NCBI GenBank assembly: GCA_016186705.1
Contig: JACPLB010000006.1
Location: forward strand, 16,325 to 80,324
Direction: 5' to 3'
DNA length: 64,000 nt
Source of the DNA: Candidatus Kaiserbacteria bacterium
Lineage (GTDB): Bacteria; Patescibacteriota; Minisyncoccia; Phycocordibacterales; JABMNX01
The notes beneath the pieces are model-generated. The model searched no databases and had not been told where the DNA came from. It saw only the letters and a program-made list of their open reading frames with translations. This document shows, piece by piece, positions 18,249 through 26,934 of this stretch. A program made the translations under genes and the position numbers. Numbering within the stretch: the first letter of the stretch is position 1; each line of letters opens with the position of its first letter.

Positions 18249-19004
18249 TCACTCAAGAAGAACAAGCGCGAACATAAGCCCGAAACCGATAATAATCGCG
18301 ATAAATTGAAGCAATGACTTTTTTATTCCGGATGTTTTGTGGAGTTCCGGCACAAGATCGGAGCCGGCAATGTAGAGAAACGAGCCGGCGGCGAGTGCAA
18401 TGAGCGCGGGGGTAATATTTTGACTTGCATCTCCAATGAGGAGAGCGACTCCCGCTCCGAGCACTGCAGCGAGAGCGGAAAGGAAGTTTACCAGAAGGGC
18501 TTTTGCTCGAGTATAACCGGCGTGAATCAAGACGCCAAAATCACCGATTTCCTGCGGAATCTCATGGAGAATAATAGCAATTGTTGTCGCAATGCCTACC
18601 TCGATACTTACCATGTACGCCGCCGCGATAATAACTCCATCGAGGAAGTTATGCACTCCGTCTGAAAAAAGCACAATCGGTCCAAGCGGTGTAATGCGGT
18701 GCCCATCGTCGTGTCCGTTTATGCCGTGCGAGTGACGCCAGTGAAGAAATTTTTCGAGTACGAAGAATATGAAAATGCCAATGATAATGAAGAGCGCGGC
18801 GAAGGTTGGACTTTCAAACTCCTCAAACGCTTCCGGAATGAGGTGGATAATCGCGTCGCCAAAGAGCGCTCCAACGGCGAGACTCACAAGAAAGAAGACC
18901 GAGCGATTCAGTACATCTCTGTTAAGCGAGATGGTAAACGTTCCGACAAGCGAAATGAGACTGACCACTAAAACGCTTATCAATGTATACGCGATGATTG
19001 ACAT
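18249..19004 (-). CDS. zupT: ZIP-family zinc transporter ZupT
   Basis: 8-TM protein with a His-rich loop (HWRHSHGINGHDDGH) and HNF.DG...LHEIPQEIGDFGVL signature. Confidence 0.85.
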   Translation of the reverse strand: MSIIAYTLISVLVVSLISLVGTFTISLNRDVLNRSVFFLVSLAVGALFGDAIIHLIPEAFEEFESPTFAALFIIIGIFIFFVLEKFLHWRHSHGINGHDDGHRITPLGPIVLFSDGVHNFLDGVIIAAAYMVSIEVGIATTIAIILHEIPQEIGDFGVLIHAGYTRAKALLVNFLSALAAVLGAGVALLIGDASQNITPALIALAAGSFLYIAGSDLVPELHKTSGIKKSLLQFIAIIIGFGLMFALVLLE

Positions 19005-19075
19005 AATTACGCTATACTAGCACACTCTTTTATTTTTCTGCTATACTATGCACGTATATTTAGAAGAAAAATACT

Positions 19076-19897
19076 ATGGAAAATCACATAAACGAAGGAA
19101 GGCATATGTTTGAACACTTGCACCACAAAAAGATGCGCGGAGCAGTCGTGGTTACGCTCGCGCTTCTCTCATTGTTTCTTGTTGCGAAGATAATTACTGA
19201 AGTACGCGAGTGGAGCTACATCGGCTCGGGCATCGCGCCGACAAATGTCGTTACCGTGCAGGGAACAGGAGAGGTGTTCGCGGTACCGGATACTGCAACA
19301 TTTTCATTTTCCGTGATTGAAGAAGGGGATACTGCCGAAGCGGTACAAGAGAAAGCTGCGGAAGTTGCGAATAATGCCATCGGGTATCTCAAAGAAAATG
19401 GGGTGGAAGAGAAAGACATAAAAACAATCGGATATAATGTGTATCCTCGATACGAGCAAGAGTACATCGTGTGCATCACATACCCGTGTCCGCAGGGAGA
19501 GAGGAAGCTTGTCGGTTTTGAAATAAATCAGAGCATTGAAATCAAGGTGCGCGACACGAAGAAAGCGGGAGAACTTCTTACCGGTGTCGGCGAATTCGGC
19601 GTCGAGCAAATCAGCGGGCTCTCGTTTACCATTGACGATGAGGATGAGCTGAAACGAGAAGCGCGGCAAAAGGCAGTCACTGACGCGCAAGAAAAAGCGA
19701 AATCACTCGCGAGCGACCTCGGGGTGCATTTGGTTCGGGTGGTGAACTTCAATGAATACGAGGTGCCATTCTACGCGCGATACGAAATCGGTACAGCAGG
19801 AGCGGGATACGGAGGCGACGGGAAGGTCGTTCCTGAAATACCAACAGGGGAGAATCGCATTATGTCGCAGGTAAATATTACTTACGAGATTCGTTAA
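19076..19897 (+). CDS. SIMPL-domain (BP26/DUF541) periplasmic protein
   Basis: N-terminal TM, then VVTVQGTGEVFAVPDTATFSFSV...AVQEKAAEVANNAIGYLKENGVEEKDIKT typical of SIMPL proteins. Start may be the internal ATG at 19106. Confidence 0.7.
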   Translation: MENHINEGRHMFEHLHHKKMRGAVVVTLALLSLFLVAKIITEVREWSYIGSGIAPTNVVTVQGTGEVFAVPDTATFSFSVIEEGDTAEAVQEKAAEVANNAIGYLKENGVEEKDIKTIGYNVYPRYEQEYIVCITYPCPQGERKLVGFEINQSIEIKVRDTKKAGELLTGVGEFGVEQISGLSFTIDDEDELKREARQKAVTDAQEKAKSLASDLGVHLVRVVNFNEYEVPFYARYEIGTAGAGYGGDGKVVPEIPTGENRIMSQVNITYEIR

Positions 19898-20066
19898 AAA
19901 GTACCCTCTCGCTTGAGCACACACGACCCGCAACGGGTCGTGTGTGCGTTGTGGGAGGAGTCTCTGAAGACTATTGACTTTTCTATATAAATATGATATA
20001 CTTTAAGAAGGTACAAGTAGCTTTGGTTTAACCGCGCGAGAGTCGCGCTTAGATAAGAGGTTTCCA

Positions 20067-20564
20067 ATGTCTGACAAGAATTTTTTCGGAGTACTCAAAA
20101 CTCTGAATCTTTCGTCCTTTTGGACAAATGCTCCAAAGAGGGCGACACTCAAAGAGTGCCGGACTTTTGCGCAACAACACGGCATCAGACTCCCCACAGG
20201 CGTTCCGCAGAGCAAGGAGGCGTTCGTGACGCTCTTCATGCTCTGCCATCTGACGCCGTGCGGTCTCGTGGATCTCAATAAAATCAAGCTTCCACAGAAG
20301 CATCTGGACGCTCTCGTTGCCATAAGCAATGAGAGAGACCAAAAACGTCACAGCAAGAAGAAGAGTCGCTTCGTCGGACGCAAGAAAAACACGCTGTCTT
20401 CGGCTCCGAAGCCGTGTTCGACAAAACGACCTGTTTCAAGGTCGCAGAGTTCGCCGAAACAGCAGGTTGTCATTCGAGTCCGACCCGGCTGGCCGTCAGG
20501 GTTCACTCCCGAAGGACAGCAGGTTCGTGCTCCGCAGTTCGGGTATAGATTTTACCGAGCTTGA
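20067..20564 (+). CDS. hypothetical basic protein, GC-rich ORFan
   Basis: 165-aa ORF with Lys/Arg/Ser-rich C-terminus. GC is clearly above neighbours. A competing minus-strand ORF overlaps; coding status uncertain. Confidence 0.3.
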   Translation: MSDKNFFGVLKTLNLSSFWTNAPKRATLKECRTFAQQHGIRLPTGVPQSKEAFVTLFMLCHLTPCGLVDLNKIKLPQKHLDALVAISNERDQKRHSKKKSRFVGRKKNTLSSAPKPCSTKRPVSRSQSSPKQQVVIRVRPGWPSGFTPEGQQVRAPQFGYRFYRA

Positions 20565-20571
20565 TTGCACC

Positions 20572-20605
20572 AACCCGTGGGGACGCATTTGTGTCCCCAC
20601 GGGTT
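20572..20605 (+). terminator. rho-independent terminator
   Basis: aacccgtggggac-gcatttgt-gtccccacgggtt hairpin followed by tcttttt. Confidence 0.55.
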
Positions 20606-20710
20606 AAGTCTTTTTGACTTTTTTTATAGTCATGCTAGGATGTAGCAAACGCCCCGGAAGGGGTTTTTTGATAGAAAATTAAGGAGCGTTGGCGACTATA
20701 ATTTTCATCA

Positions 20711-20797
20711 CCCCTCACTTGGGGGTTACATATAGTTTTCTTAGTTTTCTGAAGTTAGAAATACCAAGACGTCTTGAATAAATATCCAAGTGAGGGG
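20711..20797. promoter_or_regulatory. nested inverted repeats upstream of the secE-nusG-rplK operon
   Basis: cccctcacttgg (20711-20722) is the reverse complement of ccaagtgagggg (20786-20797). The 12-bp palindrome caagacgtcttg (20765-20776) lies between them. Confidence 0.3.
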
Positions 20798-20841
20798 TTA
20801 AGATTTGTTAATTCATTACCATTCACAATCAAATCTAAGAT

Positions 20842-21021
20842 ATGAAACGATTATTTCAGTATTTCAAAGACACGCGGGGCGAGTTTAAACATGTCTCATG
20901 GCCGACGACGAAGCAGTCAACGATTTTTACCATTCTTGTTATTGCCATTTCCCTCATCGTCGCCGCACTCCTCGGCTTCTTTGATTTTATATTTACCAAT
21001 CTACTTAATATTTTCATTTAA
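20842..21021 (+). CDS. secE: preprotein translocase subunit SecE
   Basis: 59-aa ORF (below the track cut-off): MKRLFQYFKDTRGEFKHVSWPTTKQSTIFTILVIAISLIVAALLGFFDFIF. Single TM, immediately upstream of nusG. Confidence 0.8.
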   Translation: MKRLFQYFKDTRGEFKHVSWPTTKQSTIFTILVIAISLIVAALLGFFDFIFTNLLNIFI

Positions 21022-21023
21022 GT

Positions 21024-21569
21024 ATGGGAAAGCAATTCGGAGACAAAGGACGCCATTGGTACGCAATACATACCTACGCCGGATACGAAAATGCGGTTGA
21101 GCGCAATCTAAAACAGCGCATTGATTCGCTCGGCATGGAAGAAAAAATTTTTGACGTCGTCGTGCCGACTGAAAAGAAAGTAAAAATCAAAGGCGGAAAA
21201 CGAGTTGAAGAGAACGAGAAAATCTATCCCGGGTATGTGCTTGTTGATATGATTGTAACGGATGATTCATGGTACGTGGTGCGCAACACCCCGCGCGTTA
21301 CCGGTTTTGTCGGTTCAGGCACCCAGCCGGTACCCCTCACGCAGAAAGAAATTGATGAGCTCTTCTCCCGCATGCATTCGGACACTGTCAAGCACAAGAT
21401 TGACTTCAGTCCCGGCGACGTTGTCTCTATCGTTGACGGACCATTCAAGGAGCTTGAAGGGAAAATTGGAGACATTGACGAGGAACGCGGCAAGGTAAAA
21501 GTCCTCGTGCCGATGTTCGGGCGCGAAACGCCCGTGGAGCTTGACTTCTTGCAGGTTAAAAAGATTTAG
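21024..21569 (+). CDS. nusG: transcription termination/antitermination factor NusG
   Basis: NGN domain (HWYAIHTYAGYENAVERNL) and C-terminal KOW (GDVVSIVDGPFKELEGKIGDIDEERGKVKVLV). Confidence 0.9.
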   Translation: MGKQFGDKGRHWYAIHTYAGYENAVERNLKQRIDSLGMEEKIFDVVVPTEKKVKIKGGKRVEENEKIYPGYVLVDMIVTDDSWYVVRNTPRVTGFVGSGTQPVPLTQKEIDELFSRMHSDTVKHKIDFSPGDVVSIVDGPFKELEGKIGDIDEERGKVKVLVPMFGRETPVELDFLQVKKI

Positions 21570-21596
21570 GTATATTAATGTCACGCAATCTCTAAT

Positions 21597-22022
21597 ATGA
21601 CAACAAAAAAGATAATGCGGAAACTAAAGCTCCAGATACAAGCGGGCAAAGCGACGCCCGCGCCTCCTGTCGGAACGACACTCGGTCCCGTGGGAATTAA
21701 CATCGGAGACTTTGTCAGCCGGTTTAATGAAAAAACGAGAGAGATGGGAAATGATGTCATCCCGGTAGAACTCACTGTCTACGAAGACCGAACGTTTGAC
21801 TTTATTCTCAAGACCCCGCCCGCGTCGCGGCTTCTTTTAAAGATGCTCGGACAGGAAAAAGGTTCAGGAAAAAATGTGTTGAGCAAAGTCGGCACGCTCA
21901 CGAAACAGCAGGTTGAGGAAGTCGCAAAACAAAAAATGCCGGACCTCAACACGAAAGACCTTGAAAAGGCGACAAAAATCATTGCCGGAACTGCGCGGTC
22001 AATGGGAATTGAAATAAAATAA
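21597..22022 (+). CDS. rplK: 50S ribosomal protein L11
   Basis: KLQIQAGKATPAPPVGTTLGPVGINIGDFVSRFNEKT... is the canonical L11 N-terminus. Confidence 0.9.
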   Translation: MTTKKIMRKLKLQIQAGKATPAPPVGTTLGPVGINIGDFVSRFNEKTREMGNDVIPVELTVYEDRTFDFILKTPPASRLLLKMLGQEKGSGKNVLSKVGTLTKQQVEEVAKQKMPDLNTKDLEKATKIIAGTARSMGIEIK

Positions 22023-22075
22023 ATTCTTTTGCACCAACATCTCTTCTGTAAGGGCTGTTTCATGCACGCACAGAC

Positions 22076-22912
22076 ATGATTATTAACGGTGTTTCTATTG
22101 CTCAAGACATTCTTAATACCTTAAACCGGGAAATTAAGGGGTTCAAAGCGCCCATACAGCTCGTTGTTTTTACTGTCGGCTCCGAACCTGCAACTGAACA
22201 GTTTATTGCCCTAAAAAAGAAACACGGTGAGCGTATCGGCATGCGAGTTTCTATAGAGCGTCTTCCTGAGAATGTTGATACGGAATTATTTATACAACAC
22301 CTTCAAACAAAAGCCGCAGACAAAAGCGTGCACGGAATCGTTGTACAGTTACCGCTTCCGCCGCATCTTGATGTCAAAAGGATTCTTGCGCACATCCCTC
22401 TCGCAAAAGACGTTGACGTCCTCTCTTTCAGAAGCAAACAATTATTTAAGGAAGGCACTCTTGATATTCTTCCGCCGGTTGTCGGGAGCATGAGCGAAAT
22501 CTTCCGTCGAGAAGGAGTGGATGTAAAAGGGAAGCGGGCGCTTATCATCGGAAAAGGACCTCTCGTTGGAGAACCTGCCGGTGTGTGGCTTAAGAGCAAG
22601 GGAGCAGAAGTTACTATTGTCGACAACAATGTAAAAAATCTTGCCGCATACACGACAACTGCGGACATCATCGTCTCCGGTGCGGGTGTCCCCAACCTTA
22701 TCACTTCGGAGATGATTCCGAACGGTGTCATTCTTTTTGACGTCGGTACAAGTGAATTAAGGGGGAAACTTTTAGGGGACGCGGATCCCGCCTGTGCTTC
22801 AAAATGCAGCATTTTTACACCGGTACCGAAGGGAATCGGCCCGATTACCGTCGCCATGCTTCTCAAGAACGTACTGTTGCGCGCTCCTCAAGAGTTGTCT
22901 TCTCCAAGGTAA
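22076..22912 (+). CDS. folD: bifunctional methylenetetrahydrofolate dehydrogenase/cyclohydrolase
   Basis: LVVFTVGSEPATEQF..., VHGIVVQLPLPPHLD, IIGKGPLVGEPAG, IVSGAGVPNLI, PVPKGIGPITVAMLL. Confidence 0.9.
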   Translation: MIINGVSIAQDILNTLNREIKGFKAPIQLVVFTVGSEPATEQFIALKKKHGERIGMRVSIERLPENVDTELFIQHLQTKAADKSVHGIVVQLPLPPHLDVKRILAHIPLAKDVDVLSFRSKQLFKEGTLDILPPVVGSMSEIFRREGVDVKGKRALIIGKGPLVGEPAGVWLKSKGAEVTIVDNNVKNLAAYTTTADIIVSGAGVPNLITSEMIPNGVILFDVGTSELRGKLLGDADPACASKCSIFTPVPKGIGPITVAMLLKNVLLRAPQELSSPR

Positions 22913-23393
22913 CCCACGAGTAATACAATCCTGTTTTTTTGTCAAAACGCCGCTCCTCGGCTGTTTTTTTTGTGAACACATCTTCAAACGGCGGGAAAAA
23001 CGTATCAGCACCTTCATCCTCTGCTTCTATAACGGTGAGATAAAGCCGTTCGATAAAGGGAAGCGCTTCCTCATACACCCGCCCGCCACCGAATATAAAA
23101 ATCTCATCTCGCTCGACTTCTCTTGCCCTCTCAAGTGCCTCTTTCAGTGACGTGCTCAAAATGATACCGTCTGCTTTAAAACCAGGATTGCCGCTGATGA
23201 CGATATTGGTGCGATGAGGAAGCGGTCTGCCGATAGATTCAAAATTCTTGCGCCCCATCACGATTGTATGTCCTGTCGTCAACTCCTTGACGCGTTTAAG
23301 GTCGTCTGAAATACGCCAAATAAGCCGATTATTCTTCCCAAGCTCCCGACGCCTTCCGATTGCCGCAACAGCGCTTATACGAGGAGAATACAT
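22863..23393 (-). CDS. folA: dihydrofolate reductase
   Basis: ISAVAAIGRRRELGKNNRLIWRISDDLKRVKELTTGHTIVMGRKNFESIGRPLPHRTNIVIS. Start trimmed to ATG at 23393. 3' end overlaps folD convergently. Confidence 0.8.
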   Translation of the reverse strand: MYSPRISAVAAIGRRRELGKNNRLIWRISDDLKRVKELTTGHTIVMGRKNFESIGRPLPHRTNIVISGNPGFKADGIILSTSLKEALERAREVERDEIFIFGGGRVYEEALPFIERLYLTVIEAEDEGADTFFPPFEDVFTKKTAEERRFDKKTGLYYSWVTLEKTTLEERATVRS

Positions 23394-23444
23394 GCGGAAA
23401 ATTATACCATCGAAATATTGCGAAGTCTTTATTGGAGGAGTCTG

Positions 23445-24143
23445 ATGTCCCGCGTTATACTGTGGGTCATGCATTCGTACGAAATTGAAATCAAATCACT
23501 CCTTGGGTCTTCAGAACACGCGGAAAAATTGCGTCAAAAAATGAAAGAAGTTGACTCACAAACCGCATTGCTCTCGCGCCACAAACAGCTCAACCACTAT
23601 TTTACCGCCGGTGATGTCAAAAAACTCGCTCCATTGGTAGCGCAAAAACTCTCAAAGAAAAATCGGAAAGAACTTCAGACGATGATAGAAAAAGGAAGTG
23701 AGTTCTCGGTACGCACTCGGGAGGCAGATGGCGACGTGCTTTTGGTGGTAAAAGCGTCGATTGACGAAGGGACAAGTTCAAATACCGTCTCACGCATTGA
23801 GTTTGAAGCTCCGGTTCCCATAACTCTCGATGCTCTTGACCGGCTTGTCCTTGACGCCGGTTTTTCGTATCAGGCAAAATGGTCGCGCGAACGCGAAGAG
23901 TACGTCTGCAAAGGCGCTCATGTGTGCATTGATAGAAACGCCGGCTACGGGTATGTAGCAGAATTTGAAAAAGTCATCGACAACGAAACAGATACAAAAC
24001 GAGCAAAAGAAGAGCTTCATAGACTTATGAAGCTTTTGAACGCGGAGGAATTGCCCCAAGACAGGCTTGAACGGATGTTTGCGCACTATAATGCACACTG
24101 GCAGGAATATTACGGGACTGATAAAGTATTTGTAATTAAGTAA
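23445..24143 (+). CDS. CYTH-domain (triphosphate tunnel metalloenzyme / class IV adenylate cyclase-like) protein
   Basis: YEIEIKSLL beginning and alternating charged beta-strand pattern typical of CYTH. Start uncertain (ATG 23445 or 23469). Confidence 0.5.
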   Translation: MSRVILWVMHSYEIEIKSLLGSSEHAEKLRQKMKEVDSQTALLSRHKQLNHYFTAGDVKKLAPLVAQKLSKKNRKELQTMIEKGSEFSVRTREADGDVLLVVKASIDEGTSSNTVSRIEFEAPVPITLDALDRLVLDAGFSYQAKWSREREEYVCKGAHVCIDRNAGYGYVAEFEKVIDNETDTKRAKEELHRLMKLLNAEELPQDRLERMFAHYNAHWQEYYGTDKVFVIK

Positions 24144-24145
24144 TC

Positions 24146-24724
24146 ATGATTCTTTCAGACAGAGATATTACAAGGTCGGTGAAGAACGGCGACATCACAA
24201 TACGACCGTTTGAGAAGAGGCGTGTCCAGCCGGCAAGTTATGACATTCTCCTCGGTAACAGGTTTGTCGTGAATAACACGAACATCACGCACATGATTGA
24301 CCCAACGAGGAAAAAGTACGCACAGACGCATGAAATTATCGTTAAAGATGGAAAAGAATTCGTACTCCATCCCGGAGTGTCAGTACTCGGCATATCAAAA
24401 GATTTCTTAGGCTCCGATAAATATCTTATTCAATTGGGAGGCAAAAGCTCGCTCGCGCGCATCGGGCTTTTGGTGCACAACACCGCCGGGCTTGTTAATC
24501 CCGGACATTACCTTAACGTTACGCTTGAACTCTGCAACCTCAACAACGTACCGATTATTTTGCGTCCCGGGATGGAGATTGCGCAGGTAACATTTTCAAT
24601 GATGAGCACACCTCCGCAACAAAGTTACAATGAAGTCGGGCGCTACTCCGAAGACAACTGGTCAAATCACTTTGTTTCCAAACGTAAAAAACATACCGGC
24701 GGGAAAAGCAGGAAAAAGAAATAA
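24146..24724 (+). CDS. dcd: dCTP deaminase
   Basis: MILSDRDI...QPASYDILLG...VLHPGVSVLGIS...GGKSSLARIGLLVH match Dcd/dUTPase-fold signatures. Confidence 0.85.
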   Translation: MILSDRDITRSVKNGDITIRPFEKRRVQPASYDILLGNRFVVNNTNITHMIDPTRKKYAQTHEIIVKDGKEFVLHPGVSVLGISKDFLGSDKYLIQLGGKSSLARIGLLVHNTAGLVNPGHYLNVTLELCNLNNVPIILRPGMEIAQVTFSMMSTPPQQSYNEVGRYSEDNWSNHFVSKRKKHTGGKSRKKK

Positions 24725-24728
24725 TCAT

Positions 24729-25706
24729 ATGAACGCAAGACATCCCGAGCATCAATATCTCGACCTCCTCAAGGAGATTGTTGAAAAAGGCGACCGGCAG
24801 GTGGACCAAGGCCACGGTAAGGCGACGCACGGAGTGTTCGGGCGGCAGATTCGCTTCAACCTCGCGGACAGCTTTCCGCTTTTGACGACTAAAAAGGTGT
24901 ATTGGAAAGGAGTGCTCCACGAGCTCTATTGGTTTTTAAGCGGGCAAACGAACATCAAATACTTAGTTGACAACAATGTGCACATTTGGGATGACTATCC
25001 TTTTTATATATACAAAGAGGAAGCGGAAAAAGGAACATACCCGGAAATGGCCAAAGAAGAATTTGTTGCAAAAATTGCGGAAGATGAAGCTTTTGCGCGC
25101 AAACATGGAAATCTCCCGCATTGCTACGGCGAGATGTGGCGCGCGTGGCCGGCAAAAGACGGGCGCTCAATTGACCAGCTTGCATGGGCGGTTGAGGAAC
25201 TGCGCGCTGACCCAGGGTGCCATAATGCCATTGTAACGGCATGGAATCCCGAATACCTCTACGCAATGGCAAAAAAAGGAGAAGCAAGTCGTTTTCCAAT
25301 CTGCCACAACATGTACCAGATGAATATAAAGAATGGAAAAGTGTCGCTCCAGCTCTATCAGCGGAGTGCCGACATATTCTTAGGCGTGCCGTTTAACATC
25401 GCAAGCTACGCGCTTCTGTGCCATATCGTTGCGCACATTCTTGGACGTGAAGTTGGCGAGTTTGTACACACGTTCGGCGACGTACACATTTATGAGGACC
25501 ACTTTGACGCAGTCAATCAACAACTCACCAGAGAGCCAAAGCCGTTTCCTACCGTTTCAATCTCAAAAGACGCGACATCGCTTGAAAATTTTAAACCGGC
25601 ACACGTCTCGCTTCTTGGATATGAGCCGCACGAGACCATTCGGGCAGACCTTACGGTCGCAGGCTTGCGGAGCGCTGATAATAAGCCAACGGGAGTAGGT
25701 CATTAA
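24729..25706 (+). CDS. thyA: thymidylate synthase
   Basis: YLDLLKEIVEKG, LLTTKKVYWKGVLHELYWFLSG, ICHNMYQM...LQLYQRSADIFLGVPFNIASYALL (catalytic Cys). Start at ATG 24729 right after dcd. Confidence 0.9.
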   Translation: MNARHPEHQYLDLLKEIVEKGDRQVDQGHGKATHGVFGRQIRFNLADSFPLLTTKKVYWKGVLHELYWFLSGQTNIKYLVDNNVHIWDDYPFYIYKEEAEKGTYPEMAKEEFVAKIAEDEAFARKHGNLPHCYGEMWRAWPAKDGRSIDQLAWAVEELRADPGCHNAIVTAWNPEYLYAMAKKGEASRFPICHNMYQMNIKNGKVSLQLYQRSADIFLGVPFNIASYALLCHIVAHILGREVGEFVHTFGDVHIYEDHFDAVNQQLTREPKPFPTVSISKDATSLENFKPAHVSLLGYEPHETIRADLTVAGLRSADNKPTGVGH

Positions 25707-25717
25707 GACTATTTTGT

Positions 25718-26923
25718 ATGAAAGATAAAGAAATAGAAAAACTCATCAAGAATGAAACTTCCCGGCAGAAAAAAGTGATTAACCTCATCGCTTCGGAAAA
25801 TTTTGTTTCCAGGGATGTGTTGGCCGCGCTTGGCTCAACTCCTACGAACAAGTACGCGGAAGGGTACCCGGGGAAACGATACTACGGCGGGAATACCATA
25901 AGCGACAAAATAGAATCACTCTGTCAGAGGAGGGCGCTCAAAGCGTTTCATCTGTCGCCGAGGAAATGGGAAGTAAACGTTCAGCCCCTGTCCGGCTCGC
26001 CTGCTAATATTGCAGTCTACCTCGCACTCGTTCCACAAGGGAAGAAAATCATGGGGATGTCACTTGCCCACGGCGGACACCTCACGCACGGACACAATGT
26101 GTCGGCGGCTGGGATTTTCTGGCGGGCGGTTAAATATGAAGTTGACCCCAAAACTGAAACGCTGAACTACCGGAAACTCAAAAAACAGGCACTGAAAGAA
26201 AAGCCGGTTGTAATCGTGGCGGGCTATACTGCATACCCACGTGTCATTCATTGGAAGAAGTTCAGAGAGATTGCCGACGCGTGTGGTGCGTATCTTATGG
26301 TGGACATGTCTCATGTCGCCGGTTTGATTGCGGGAGGCGCCTTTCCGTCCCCCTTTCCGTACGCGGACATTGTAACGACGACAGTGCACAAAACACTTCG
26401 CGGTCCGCGCTCCGCGTGCATCTTTTCAAAAATTGACGACCGCCAGCTTGGAAAAAAAATTAACAAAGCGGTATTCCCGGGCCTTCAAGGAGGTCCGCAC
26501 TTAAACCAAATCGCCGCAGCGGCGGTTGCCTTTAGAGAAGCATCTCAACCGGCATTTAAGCGGTACGCGCGGCAAGTAATAAAAAATACGAAAACACTCG
26601 GTACGGAACTTCAAAAACTCGGTTGGCGTCTCGTCTCGGGCGGGACCGACAGCCACCTGTTATTGCTTGATACGTGGCTTCTTGGGAAGGGTATAGGCGG
26701 GAAAGAGGCATCGGAGTGTCTTGAGAGAGCCGGTATTATTGCGAACATGAACGCAATCCCGTTTGATACGCGCAAACCCTTTGACCCGTCCGGTATTCGG
26801 CTTGGCACTGCGGCCGAAACGACGCGGGGGAAGAAAGAGAAAGATATGAAAAAAATTGCGCGGAGGATTGACGCTGTATTGCGAAAGAGAATGAGGAAGC
26901 ATTCACAACAAAACACTTTTTAA
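25718..26923 (+). CDS. glyA: serine hydroxymethyltransferase
   Basis: LIASENFVSRDVLAALGS..NKYAEGYPGKRYYGG; TTTVHKTLRGPR (PLP-Lys region). Confidence 0.9.
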   Translation: MKDKEIEKLIKNETSRQKKVINLIASENFVSRDVLAALGSTPTNKYAEGYPGKRYYGGNTISDKIESLCQRRALKAFHLSPRKWEVNVQPLSGSPANIAVYLALVPQGKKIMGMSLAHGGHLTHGHNVSAAGIFWRAVKYEVDPKTETLNYRKLKKQALKEKPVVIVAGYTAYPRVIHWKKFREIADACGAYLMVDMSHVAGLIAGGAFPSPFPYADIVTTTVHKTLRGPRSACIFSKIDDRQLGKKINKAVFPGLQGGPHLNQIAAAAVAFREASQPAFKRYARQVIKNTKTLGTELQKLGWRLVSGGTDSHLLLLDTWLLGKGIGGKEASECLERAGIIANMNAIPFDTRKPFDPSGIRLGTAAETTRGKKEKDMKKIARRIDAVLRKRMRKHSQQNTF

Positions 26924-26934
26924 AAGTGTGTGAA

